IMG/VR virus record: IMGVR_UViG_3300044716_000427
Coordinates: 7,566 to 71,565 of that record
Source: a virus
Length of the DNA: 64,000 nucleotides
Direction: 5' to 3' (one strand)
Of the stretch, positions 38,461-47,650 are shown in pieces. The notes under the pieces were generated by a model, which was not told the origin of the DNA, searched no databases, and saw only the letters and a program-made list of their open reading frames with translations. The number at the start of each line of letters is the position of its first letter. Positions within the stretch are counted from its first letter, which is position 1. Both the position numbers and the translations under genes were made by a program.

Positions 38461-41400
38461 TGGCTTTGAACTGCAAAATCAACGAGCGCATCTTTACCTT
38501 TGAAGGTAAGGACTACAACTACAACGAGTTCCGTGCTTTGATGTACGATGGACTCCTTGAGCGCATCCCTGAACTTACTGCCGAGACCAAGGAGGCTCTC
38601 AAGACTGAGGAGGGGAAGGAGAAGGTCAAGAAGGAGGTTAGTCGCCGGGATGAGCTTAGCGGGCTAAAGAGGGGCGGGAAAAAGCCAAGCATAAATAAAA
38701 TGAAGTCTCCGCGTGAAGAAAAGGCGGAGAATGAGAATAAGATGGCCAAGACCGGCTCCAATAGGATGTCTGCTCACGGGGCCAAAAGATTGCTTGGGCT
38801 GATCAAGCCCAAGCTCAAGGTGGTTGAGTTTGCTGAGAACGAGGTTGATAAGTTCAACGAAACTTTTAAGCGCCTTAGCGGGAATACGGAGATTGTGGCC
38901 AGCAAGGAGTACGATGGCTTTTACGACTCTTCGGGCGATGGCACTGTGTATTTGATTGCAAAGCCCGGCCAACAGCGCGTACTTGCTCACGAGGTGATGC
39001 ACCCTGTGTTCAACGTATTGTTCAAGGGCAACCCTAAGCTGATGGATGACTTCTACGCCCAGATCAAGGCGGATGAGCGGCTCAAGAAGTACATTGAGTT
39101 CGGCGCCCGGTATGAGCCGGGAATGACCGAGAAGATGGAGGCCATCACTGATTTCCTTGGTGCTGTTGCCGACGGAGAGCTTGATGAGATATTCAAGAAA
39201 GACCCTTCGCTCAAGCAGATGGTCATCGACTTCATCAAGAAGTTGCTTGGGTACGTAGGGTTGTCCAAGGATGTTGAGATATCGGGGGACATGGACATGA
39301 TGACCCTTGCGGGTCTTATCAATGACGCAGTAAGGTACAATGCCCGCTTGCGAGTGGAGAACATCTCTGCCGAGCCGGAAAGCGGGGTATACACGCACAT
39401 CTTTGGCCCTACCGGCAAGCTGACCACTCAGGAGCGCGATGGCTTGGCTGCTGCTATGGCAGCGCATCAGAACGGGGCTACGCAGGAGGAGACCAAGAAG
39501 TTGAATGGCTGGTTCATTGGCCCAGACGGCAAATGGAGGAAGTACTCTGAGCCATTCCAAGCAAAGCTTATTGGCAGCCCCTCTGACCCTGACTGGATTA
39601 TTCCATTTGCATTTGACAAAGATGGAAATACCCTTCCCGGAACTGTGTTAGAAGACATTTATGACTTTCCTGAACTATATAAAAAATACCCATCCTTAAA
39701 ATACATCCCAGTAGAACTTAAGAATCTTACTGGTGACAATGAATTAGCCGCTGGACTTTTTACCGGCTTAAACATTGTGTTAAATAAAAAATATATAAAC
39801 AACGCAAACTCTTTATTAGAAACTATTGCTCACGAGGTCCAGCATGCTATCCAGCAAGAAGAAGGATTTGTTCTCGGCGCACAAAAAAAATATGCGTTGT
39901 ATTTGCTTAATAAAGAACAAAGAAAAACTTATGTAAATTATGTAAAAAATATACTTGATGCGGCTGAAAAGGAGTTAAATGATTACGGCAAATTAAACAA
40001 TTTTTTATCTCAAAAAAATAACAAAAAAGAATTAGTAGAAACATTTAACAAAATTGAGTACGCAGCTATTCAGATGGACTCTGGTCTGTGGGAAGAGGCT
40101 ATTGATGAATTGATTGAAAAGGCTTACGGGAAAGATTTTCAAAAAAAAGATATTTCAAAATATAGTGATATTAGGGCTGAAATTGAAAAAACAATAGAAG
40201 AAATACTTGAAAATGGCGCGACTGGTCAGGAGGTGATTGACTTAATGGCAAAGTCGTTTGGAAGAGGAATTATTGGAAATGTACAAGTAGCAAAACAATT
40301 CATAGAATTAGCAGAAAAAGACATTTACTCAAATACTCCAAAGTCAGTTGACTATCTTTTGGAAATTGAAAAAATTGCAAAAGACCATGTTGCGCAGATT
40401 GATTTAGATTATTTAGCTTATTATATGTCTTATGGGGAGGCGGAGGCAAGGCTTGCCGGTAGGAGGGTTGTTTCAGAAAAATCATCACAAAAAGAAGGGG
40501 AGACTATTTCACCGATTGAAAAATCCAAAAATTCTACAACCGAAGCTGGCAAAAAAATATTTGGTCAGCTATCCGTATATGCAGAATCCGATGTAAAAAT
40601 AGCCAATCAGCTTAGCAAATCAAAGGGCAAATCTTTTGTTGCTAGTATGGCGCTAGGAGCCGAGGGTGAGTTGTTCTTTGCAAAGAAGGCTCCGTCGGAG
40701 AAGAAGTTCATCCCGCAAGAGGAGCTTGACAATGCAATTGAGTCGGCCATCACTGAAGATGAGAATTGGTCGGCAATGAGCCAAGAAGAAAAAGCCAAAA
40801 TCGCATATGATGCGGCAAAAGCTTCGCTCAAAGAGGACTCTAACTGGTATCAAAAGCTTGATCTTGATGGGAAAAGAACTGCTTTGAAGGAGCTTCGCTC
40901 TGACATCTATTCATACCTTGGCGCAAAGATGCCGACCAAGGAGGAGGCAAGGGCAGAGAAAGAGGGGCGCAGGAAAGGTGTTGCCGAGGGTCGTGCAGAG
41001 GGAAGGGCCGAAGAGAAGAAGGCAAGCGAGAAGAAGCTGGAGCGAGAGAAGGAACTTCGCAAGGAGCAAAGGATTGAGCTCAAGGAGCAGATCAAGACCA
41101 TGCGCCAGCGCATGAACGAGCTCTTTGACAAGGTATATGAGGCGTCTAAAAAGGGCGCTATTGCTGGAGAAATCCATGGTCGTCGCGAAGAGCGCAAGAG
41201 GGCGGAGGCAGAATTGAGCAAGAAGCTTAATGCCGCCGAAGTAGAGAAGAACAAGCTGGCCCAAAAGCGCCTTATGCAGGGGTACGCCCAAGGCATTGCC
41301 GATGGAACGCTAGGAGGAGAAATAATTGGCACTCGTCGTGGCCGGAAGCAAGCGAGGCAGGAGATGTCCAAGGAAAGGAAGCAGTTCTCTGAACTGGTGA

Positions 41401-44400
41401 GGGAGTTGTTCTGGGACATAAATACCGGCAAGATGCTTTTGCGCGGCACTGTTGGTCGATTGCAGGCGTACTCCATTGGCAGGGCTGCTGCAATGGTTGA
41501 CCCGGGCAACCCCAAGCACATCGTCAAGTTCAAGGATATGGTCATTCGTATTCTTGAGAATGCCAACTATGCAGCAGACCTATCTGATGCCAAGAAGGCG
41601 AACCGAAAGGCACGGAAGCTATCGAAGTCCAAGGCGCTCCCACTAAACCACAGGGAGGCGCTTGCTGCACTTGCTGCGGTGGACGTTAGCATGATATCCG
41701 ACCCAAGGGAGTATGCTGACCGCGTTGTTGAGTACTTCGACATTGCTGTAAGCGTAAAGAAAGACCAGTACGAACAGCGTAACTCTTCTGAAATGGAAGA
41801 CTTCGCTGAGAAGCTTGTTCAGGAGAATATCGAGCAGTACAGGAAGCTCCTTATGGATGAGTACGGCTTGGACGACATTGGATATGTTGACCCGAAAGAA
41901 CTATATGACGCTTTGGAGAGCGGCGTATTTGATGCGGGCTACAAGGACATGTCTCAGGAGAAGAGGGAGGCGGTCAGGAGGAAGGTCAAGACCTCTGCCG
42001 AGTACGCCAAAATAGCCCTCGATGAGTGGATCAAGGACGCAAGGCTTCAGGGCGTTGTCGTTGGCCAAGAGCTTAGCCCGACGCAGAGCAGGATAGTGGA
42101 CAGGTTGGCGAAGGCTGATTTTGACAACATGGGCCTTCGTCAGATGATGCAGTACATCAAGGTTGTTGATAACATCGTGATGAACGACTCGTTCGACAAC
42201 GCTGAGAGGGCTGCTATTTTGGCCGACATATCTGCGAATCTCGAGGATGCGTTCAATAGCATCAGCCCTTCCACGGTAAAGGCGCTGAAGGGCATAAGGA
42301 TGCAGACCATGTCCATCGCCGACCTTAACCGGTATTTCTGGGGCCTTGATGGCATTTTCTCAGCCGTGCAAGAGAAGCTTGGCGTTGGCAGGTACATCAA
42401 CGCAAAAGAAAATTACAACAAAGCGATGAATGAAGTCGGTCAAAAGGTGACCGAGTTCTATCGAGGGCTATACAAAAAGGACCCTAACGCATTCTCAAAA
42501 TCTAGCATGGCGCTAGAGGGGGCCGTTGCGTATGTAATTCAGTCCATGCCCGGAATGTCGGCCATGAACGGATTTGAGGCTCGTAAAAAAATCCTGCTGG
42601 AGAACATCGCTGAGCTGTTAAAGCGCAACGACGCCAAGTACAGGGAGCAGGCGGAACTGCTTCAGAAGGCATACGATGAAGTAATTAAGGACGCAAAACT
42701 TCCCAACGAGCTACTTGGCAAATTGCAAGGCGCAAACCCTGCGATTTACGAATCCATTGAGTTCTTGATCAATGTGACCAAGCCGTACAAGGAAGCTATT
42801 CGCGAAAACTCCAGAACTCTTTGGGACGAAGGCGGAAATAGGGAGAGTGGAACTTGGGATGACCCTCACTATATACCTATCGCCTACACCAAGATAGCTG
42901 AACGAGCTACTGAGACCATTAACGAAGAAGATGTTCCGAAGGCAACTAAGACGATGCTCAAGACGCTTCCTCAGAAGCTTAAAGAAAGGGTTAGGTACAA
43001 TCAGCTTCCGGAGAACAAATTGATTGATCTGAACCCGAGGGGCGTGACTTTGTCATCGCTGAACAAAAACTTGTTCGATGCGATCGTTGGAGAGTCATTG
43101 ACCTATATCGCTGAGTTTATGGACACCCCGGGCGTTGCGGAAAACGTCTTTGGCGGCAATGACAACAAGGAATACTATCGCGAGAATTTGCACAGATGGG
43201 TTGCCAAGTATTATCAATCAGAGCGTCAGGATCAGGCGGGCAAGGTTATTAACAGGGCAATAAATGGAATGCGCGAAATGGCGGTTGCCGTTCGTCTTGG
43301 AACTGTTCTTCAGCCAATTAAGCAGATGCCAGAGGCCCTTATTCAGTCTGTTATCTTGACTGGCAATTTTGATGGGTTTAGCAATATGTTCAAGCTTGGC
43401 GGACCCATGAAAGAAAATGGGGCCATAGAGCTGATGTCAAAATATGCTATTGGCGATAGGGGCTCAACAATTGCCGGAAATGAGTGGGAGGGCATAATGT
43501 CCAAGCACTATCGCGATGTTGAAAGAGCCCTGCTTGCAAAGGGAGGCTCTGTGCCGGAAAAAACCTATAGATGGCTGCGCGGTGCCCTAATGAAGCCGTT
43601 GTCTGCGTCCGATGGCCTTGTGGCAAAGGCTGCATGGATGGCGCATTACGAATACCAAAGGAACAAGCAAGGGTTCAAGGTAAAGAGTTGGGATACTGAG
43701 GCTAATCAACACGACAGCGATACTCTTCGTCAGCAAGCGGCCATATACGCGGAGACCATGGTTGACTACACCATGGTATCCAGCGACCCGACAAAGGCAT
43801 CTGTATTTGCAACAAAGGGCAAGAGCTGGGGAGGGAATCTTGCTAAGGCTATGTTCTTTATGTTCTCTGGATTTTCTATTCAGTCTGCCTCAAGGTTGGG
43901 TTTGGACATGTCTGATCTATTCAGATATACAACTCAAAAGGCATCTGGAAATCCAAATGCAGATAAAATTGCTGCTGGAAGGTCATTTGCTTCGTTGGCC
44001 GCTCGGACCAGTGGGGCTGCTGTGTATTGGTCTACTGTTTCTTATTTGGTTCCAATGCTGGTCCAAGGCATGGCTAATATTTGGGTGGCCCTAGCAGAGC
44101 AAATGGATGATGACGATGACGATGACAAGACGTTTGAGTTCATCGTTACTGCTGCGATTGCAATGCGTTATGCTGGAATGCTCTATGGTGACGTTGAGCA
44201 GAGCATCACGCTTGCAGCGCAAGAAAAGTCCAAGAAAACGATTGAGAAGAAGCAAGAGATGCTTGTAACCGCCATTACTGGTGACAGTGGCAAGTACAAG
44301 GAGGCTATGGCTGGCGCGAAGGAGAAGGAGCTGTCCCAAAAGGCGCTGGACAAGTGGAATAGGTGGAAGGTGGGGTTCTTCTCCAGCTTGATTGGTGCAG

Positions 44401-44858
44401 ACGTGCAGATGACGCTGAATGCTGGAATTATTGATGGTATCAACTACGTCTCTTACGTCATGCACACGCAGGCGAAGGACCCGTCCACTATCGACAAGAA
44501 GGGCGGCACCAAGTCATTTGAAAGCTGGATCAAGGACCAAGAGAACCCTGTGTTCTATCGATACGAGTACAAGTATGGCAAAACCGTCATGGATGAGCAG
44601 AACATGGGTCTACTTGACATCGTATTTGGCATTTTGCCAGAGGCCAAGCGTAAGCTAGACAAGACTCTTGATATGTTTGATAAGGCCGAAGGGAACGAAT
44701 GGGACATTTTGCCCGGAGAGTCGGGGGAGGCGTATAAAAAGAGAATTTCGGAATACGCAAGGGAAAAAAGGGATGAGCAGCGAGGCGAGACGCGGAAGCC
44801 CAAAAAGACGGAAGGGGGTGGGCGATTTAAGTATTCTTCTTTTATACCAACGGAGTAG
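38460..44858 (+). CDS. Large polyvalent/ejection protein (2132 aa) with zincin-like and LPD23-like domains
   Basis: AHEVMH, GWFIGPDGKWR, AHEVQHAIQ..EGF, GEAEAR; GxxxG repeats; C-terminal hydrophobic segment. Confidence 0.8.
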   Translation: MALNCKINERIFTFEGKDYNYNEFRALMYDGLLERIPELTAETKEALKTEEGKEKVKKEVSRRDELSGLKRGGKKPSINKMKSPREEKAENENKMAKTGSNRMSAHGAKRLLGLIKPKLKVVEFAENEVDKFNETFKRLSGNTEIVASKEYDGFYDSSGDGTVYLIAKPGQQRVLAHEVMHPVFNVLFKGNPKLMDDFYAQIKADERLKKYIEFGARYEPGMTEKMEAITDFLGAVADGELDEIFKKDPSLKQMVIDFIKKLLGYVGLSKDVEISGDMDMMTLAGLINDAVRYNARLRVENISAEPESGVYTHIFGPTGKLTTQERDGLAAAMAAHQNGATQEETKKLNGWFIGPDGKWRKYSEPFQAKLIGSPSDPDWIIPFAFDKDGNTLPGTVLEDIYDFPELYKKYPSLKYIPVELKNLTGDNELAAGLFTGLNIVLNKKYINNANSLLETIAHEVQHAIQQEEGFVLGAQKKYALYLLNKEQRKTYVNYVKNILDAAEKELNDYGKLNNFLSQKNNKKELVETFNKIEYAAIQMDSGLWEEAIDELIEKAYGKDFQKKDISKYSDIRAEIEKTIEEILENGATGQEVIDLMAKSFGRGIIGNVQVAKQFIELAEKDIYSNTPKSVDYLLEIEKIAKDHVAQIDLDYLAYYMSYGEAEARLAGRRVVSEKSSQKEGETISPIEKSKNSTTEAGKKIFGQLSVYAESDVKIANQLSKSKGKSFVASMALGAEGELFFAKKAPSEKKFIPQEELDNAIESAITEDENWSAMSQEEKAKIAYDAAKASLKEDSNWYQKLDLDGKRTALKELRSDIYSYLGAKMPTKEEARAEKEGRRKGVAEGRAEGRAEEKKASEKKLEREKELRKEQRIELKEQIKTMRQRMNELFDKVYEASKKGAIAGEIHGRREERKRAEAELSKKLNAAEVEKNKLAQKRLMQGYAQGIADGTLGGEIIGTRRGRKQARQEMSKERKQFSELVRELFWDINTGKMLLRGTVGRLQAYSIGRAAAMVDPGNPKHIVKFKDMVIRILENANYAADLSDAKKANRKARKLSKSKALPLNHREALAALAAVDVSMISDPREYADRVVEYFDIAVSVKKDQYEQRNSSEMEDFAEKLVQENIEQYRKLLMDEYGLDDIGYVDPKELYDALESGVFDAGYKDMSQEKREAVRRKVKTSAEYAKIALDEWIKDARLQGVVVGQELSPTQSRIVDRLAKADFDNMGLRQMMQYIKVVDNIVMNDSFDNAERAAILADISANLEDAFNSISPSTVKALKGIRMQTMSIADLNRYFWGLDGIFSAVQEKLGVGRYINAKENYNKAMNEVGQKVTEFYRGLYKKDPNAFSKSSMALEGAVAYVIQSMPGMSAMNGFEARKKILLENIAELLKRNDAKYREQAELLQKAYDEVIKDAKLPNELLGKLQGANPAIYESIEFLINVTKPYKEAIRENSRTLWDEGGNRESGTWDDPHYIPIAYTKIAERATETINEEDVPKATKTMLKTLPQKLKERVRYNQLPENKLIDLNPRGVTLSSLNKNLFDAIVGESLTYIAEFMDTPGVAENVFGGNDNKEYYRENLHRWVAKYYQSERQDQAGKVINRAINGMREMAVAVRLGTVLQPIKQMPEALIQSVILTGNFDGFSNMFKLGGPMKENGAIELMSKYAIGDRGSTIAGNEWEGIMSKHYRDVERALLAKGGSVPEKTYRWLRGALMKPLSASDGLVAKAAWMAHYEYQRNKQGFKVKSWDTEANQHDSDTLRQQAAIYAETMVDYTMVSSDPTKASVFATKGKSWGGNLAKAMFFMFSGFSIQSASRLGLDMSDLFRYTTQKASGNPNADKIAAGRSFASLAARTSGAAVYWSTVSYLVPMLVQGMANIWVALAEQMDDDDDDDKTFEFIVTAAIAMRYAGMLYGDVEQSITLAAQEKSKKTIEKKQEMLVTAITGDSGKYKEAMAGAKEKELSQKALDKWNRWKVGFFSSLIGADVQMTLNAGIIDGINYVSYVMHTQAKDPSTIDKKGGTKSFESWIKDQENPVFYRYEYKYGKTVMDEQNMGLLDIVFGILPEAKRKLDKTLDMFDKAEGNEWDILPGESGEAYKKRISEYAREKRDEQRGETRKPKKTEGGGRFKYSSFIPTE

Positions 44859-44919
44859 CGGCATCCTAAAATGAATCGCAACCTCCTGACGCACACAGAA
44901 TTACGCTTATATTTGCCCC

Positions 44920-45480
44920 ATGCTCCAGATCCAAGGCCGTGTTTGCGAGGGGTGCGACCGGTTCAGCTACGTTGACACCACTGGTCAGTACGATGCAACG
45001 ACCAATCCTACTGGATATGGTCCCGCGAATATCATCGAAGGACCCCTTGACTTTGACACCTACACCCTTGACGTGTGGTTCCCCGGGAGTGACGTGAACG
45101 GCCCAGCCGACTATACGTACAACCTACAGACCAGCGTCCCCACGCCGGACGCCAACGACTATTACAATTGGGTTATCACCAAGTCAATGCTTGGTGTGAG
45201 CCGGTTGATCAGCGGGGTGTGGAACATGAGGGCAACTGGTGTAAGGCTTGGCATCACCTACTACGCTGACGTTGAGTGCATCTTCACCGAAGACCTTGCA
45301 TCGCAGGTGGACAGGAAGATGCTCACCTACGACCCAATGTGCCCCTGCAAGAAGGGGTGCGAGAACCCGCCCGAACTGTCCATGCAGTTGCTGACCATCA
45401 AGTGTGGCGGCATCTGCGACTCTGAGAAGGCACAGGGGGCTATCTCCAACTTATACACACGAGTTAAAAACTGCTGCTGA
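44920..45480 (+). CDS. Cys-rich tail structural protein
   Basis: DTTGQYDATTNPTGYG motif, CPC..GC, ends CC; TATATTTG 4 nt before ATG. Confidence 0.7.
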   Translation: MLQIQGRVCEGCDRFSYVDTTGQYDATTNPTGYGPANIIEGPLDFDTYTLDVWFPGSDVNGPADYTYNLQTSVPTPDANDYYNWVITKSMLGVSRLISGVWNMRATGVRLGITYYADVECIFTEDLASQVDRKMLTYDPMCPCKKGCENPPELSMQLLTIKCGGICDSEKAQGAISNLYTRVKNCC

Positions 45481-46757
45481 TGTCCTGCGGATGTTCCTCT
45501 TCTCCCTGCGGTTGCAATACACCCAACATTCCCCGTGGGCCGAGGGGGTTCCAAGGGCCAGCCGGACCTGCCCCCAATATCACCATTGGCGATGTCGAGA
45601 CGGGGTCAGCGGCTGCTACCATCACCGGCACCAGCCCTAACCTTACGCTTGACCTGACCATCCCTCCGGGCACCCCCGGCACACCCGGCGCACCCGGAGC
45701 CCCGGGAGCCAATGGAATACCAGCATTCGCCAGCTTGGCGGCTGGGTTCACACAGCCAACGATTGGGTTCTCTGTTGGCATCCAGACCGACGATTCGTTT
45801 CAGTGGGCTGTCATTGGTGAGCCTATCTTCATCGCCGGTGGTGGTAAGTACACGGTAACTGCAACCCCGACACCACCATACAACATACTCGGCGTCACTA
45901 ACGACGGTGGACCGGGCAACGCGCCCGCGACTAGTTTTATAGCAGCCACGGGTGCTCCAGCGCAGGTGACCCCAACTGGGCGTGACGGACAGGTCGGAAA
46001 CCCCGGCCTGCCCGGAGCCCCCGGAACCCCCGGCCCTGCTGGCATAATCGAAGTGGTCAACACCATCCCGGTTGCAGCACCACTGCCCAACAAGACCTTC
46101 GTCATCTACACCGACAGTACGCTCACCCCAACGGTCATCACTGGGTATAGCTGGAACGGAGTAAGCTGGGTGGCTACGGCGAACCTGACACCCGCCGCTG
46201 GCAGCCAGATCTTCTCGACCGTTGGCATCCCCGGTAGTGGAACTGGCAACAACGGAGACTGGGCCTTTGACTCCGTGAGCCTTGAGGTCTACTACAAGGT
46301 GGCAGGGAGTTGGACGAACCCGTTCACGCTGGCTGCGACCTTCACACAGGTGGCTACTAATAGCGGTGGTGACATGGGACCAGTTCCCGTCCGCACTCCC
46401 AGCGTGGTGGGCTTTGACCCACTAGCTGTAAACTTTACCGTTGGCCCGGGCACATACACGCTCGACCTTCAGTACCAAGGGTTTGCCATTTCGGCGGACA
46501 AGAACATTGATCTGGCTTGGAGCGACACATCGTTCAACTACCACGGGGTGTGGGAGGTTCAGATTGAGAACGTGGACGGGGCGTCGAGCATCGACATCGA
46601 CATTGTCGCTGGCGCTTGGGCAGAGAACGCATCCTTGGGACTGACCTTCCCAATCACCTTGGCCGCTAGCGACATTCAAGTGTTCGTGCTTCGCAAGCCC
46701 ATGACCGGAGCCCGCATGATCATTGAAAATACTTACTTGTTAAGCAACCTCCCGTAA
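45480..46757 (+). CDS. Collagen-like fibre protein
   Basis: GPRGFQGPAG and GTPGAPGAPG triplets; N-terminal CGC..PCGC. Confidence 0.8.
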   Translation: MSCGCSSSPCGCNTPNIPRGPRGFQGPAGPAPNITIGDVETGSAAATITGTSPNLTLDLTIPPGTPGTPGAPGAPGANGIPAFASLAAGFTQPTIGFSVGIQTDDSFQWAVIGEPIFIAGGGKYTVTATPTPPYNILGVTNDGGPGNAPATSFIAATGAPAQVTPTGRDGQVGNPGLPGAPGTPGPAGIIEVVNTIPVAAPLPNKTFVIYTDSTLTPTVITGYSWNGVSWVATANLTPAAGSQIFSTVGIPGSGTGNNGDWAFDSVSLEVYYKVAGSWTNPFTLAATFTQVATNSGGDMGPVPVRTPSVVGFDPLAVNFTVGPGTYTLDLQYQGFAISADKNIDLAWSDTSFNYHGVWEVQIENVDGASSIDIDIVAGAWAENASLGLTFPITLAASDIQVFVLRKPMTGARMIIENTYLLSNLP

Positions 46758-47647
46758 TGCAGATTACCGACGAGGTCATCGAGATACGCAGGATTAACTA
46801 CGTCTGTTGCGCCATGTCCTACATGAGCAAGTATTTGGACGGCCTGAAGTATGGAGACGCATCGTGCAGTAATAACCGCAACCTGTGGCTGTATATGCTG
46901 TGGGCCAAGAGCGTAGCAGACCGAACCCCACTGTCAACCGAGGACGAGGGGTGTGTCAGCTACGAAACGGCTGAGGCTGTGTTTGAAAAAGCCGACTGCT
47001 TGTGTTCTTCTTGCGGGTGTCCTCCAGAGGATGGGACCAGCGACTTCCCACCCACCGACTCCTGTGAGCCTGTCATTGACTTCAACGTCCTTGCAGCGGT
47101 GGATGTAAGCCAGAGGGTTGCCATCGAGGCTGCTGGCCCCATCATTGGCGACCGGTACATTGTGGTCAACGACACGGGAGGAACCGGTTGGGTGATAAAT
47201 ACCATCGTTGTGTGGAACGGGACCGGATGGACCCAGACCAGCATTGTCAACGGCCAAATCGCCCAGACGGCCATTGGAGACCTTTGGACAACCCTTGATG
47301 GCATTCAGCCCGGGCTGTTGTACCCCACGGTCACCATGACCTTCTTTGCCCCCGGCCAGTACATCTTCCAGAGCGACTACCCGCAGGTGTCTCAGTTCGC
47401 TGGCCGTACTGCGATGGTGGAGATCCTGACCCCCGGAGGATGGGTGATGCTCTTCCAAGGCCCGGAGGCAGCCCTTGCATCCCCGCAGGTGTACAGCATG
47501 AGCGGGTTCAGCTTTACTTCCGTAAGGGTAACTTATGTGCTCGGCGACTGCTCTTGGACCAGCGAGAATGGAAACATCGAGCCACCGGGCTGCGTGTTCC
47601 CCGGCGCCCATGACTGTGATGCACACGATATTGACTCTCATTTCTAG
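46757..47647 (+). CDS. Cys-rich tail structural protein
   Basis: CC, CLCSSCGC; GDRYIV...WNGTGW motif. Confidence 0.7.
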   Translation: MQITDEVIEIRRINYVCCAMSYMSKYLDGLKYGDASCSNNRNLWLYMLWAKSVADRTPLSTEDEGCVSYETAEAVFEKADCLCSSCGCPPEDGTSDFPPTDSCEPVIDFNVLAAVDVSQRVAIEAAGPIIGDRYIVVNDTGGTGWVINTIVVWNGTGWTQTSIVNGQIAQTAIGDLWTTLDGIQPGLLYPTVTMTFFAPGQYIFQSDYPQVSQFAGRTAMVEILTPGGWVMLFQGPEAALASPQVYSMSGFSFTSVRVTYVLGDCSWTSENGNIEPPGCVFPGAHDCDAHDIDSHF

Positions 47648-47650
47648 GCC

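Noticed and set aside
31303-44858. Virion RNA polymerase as in crAss-like phages
   Set aside because: No DxDxD catalytic motif (DFDID/NADFDGD type) found by eye, and host-type promoters are abundant; a profile search is needed to exclude it fully
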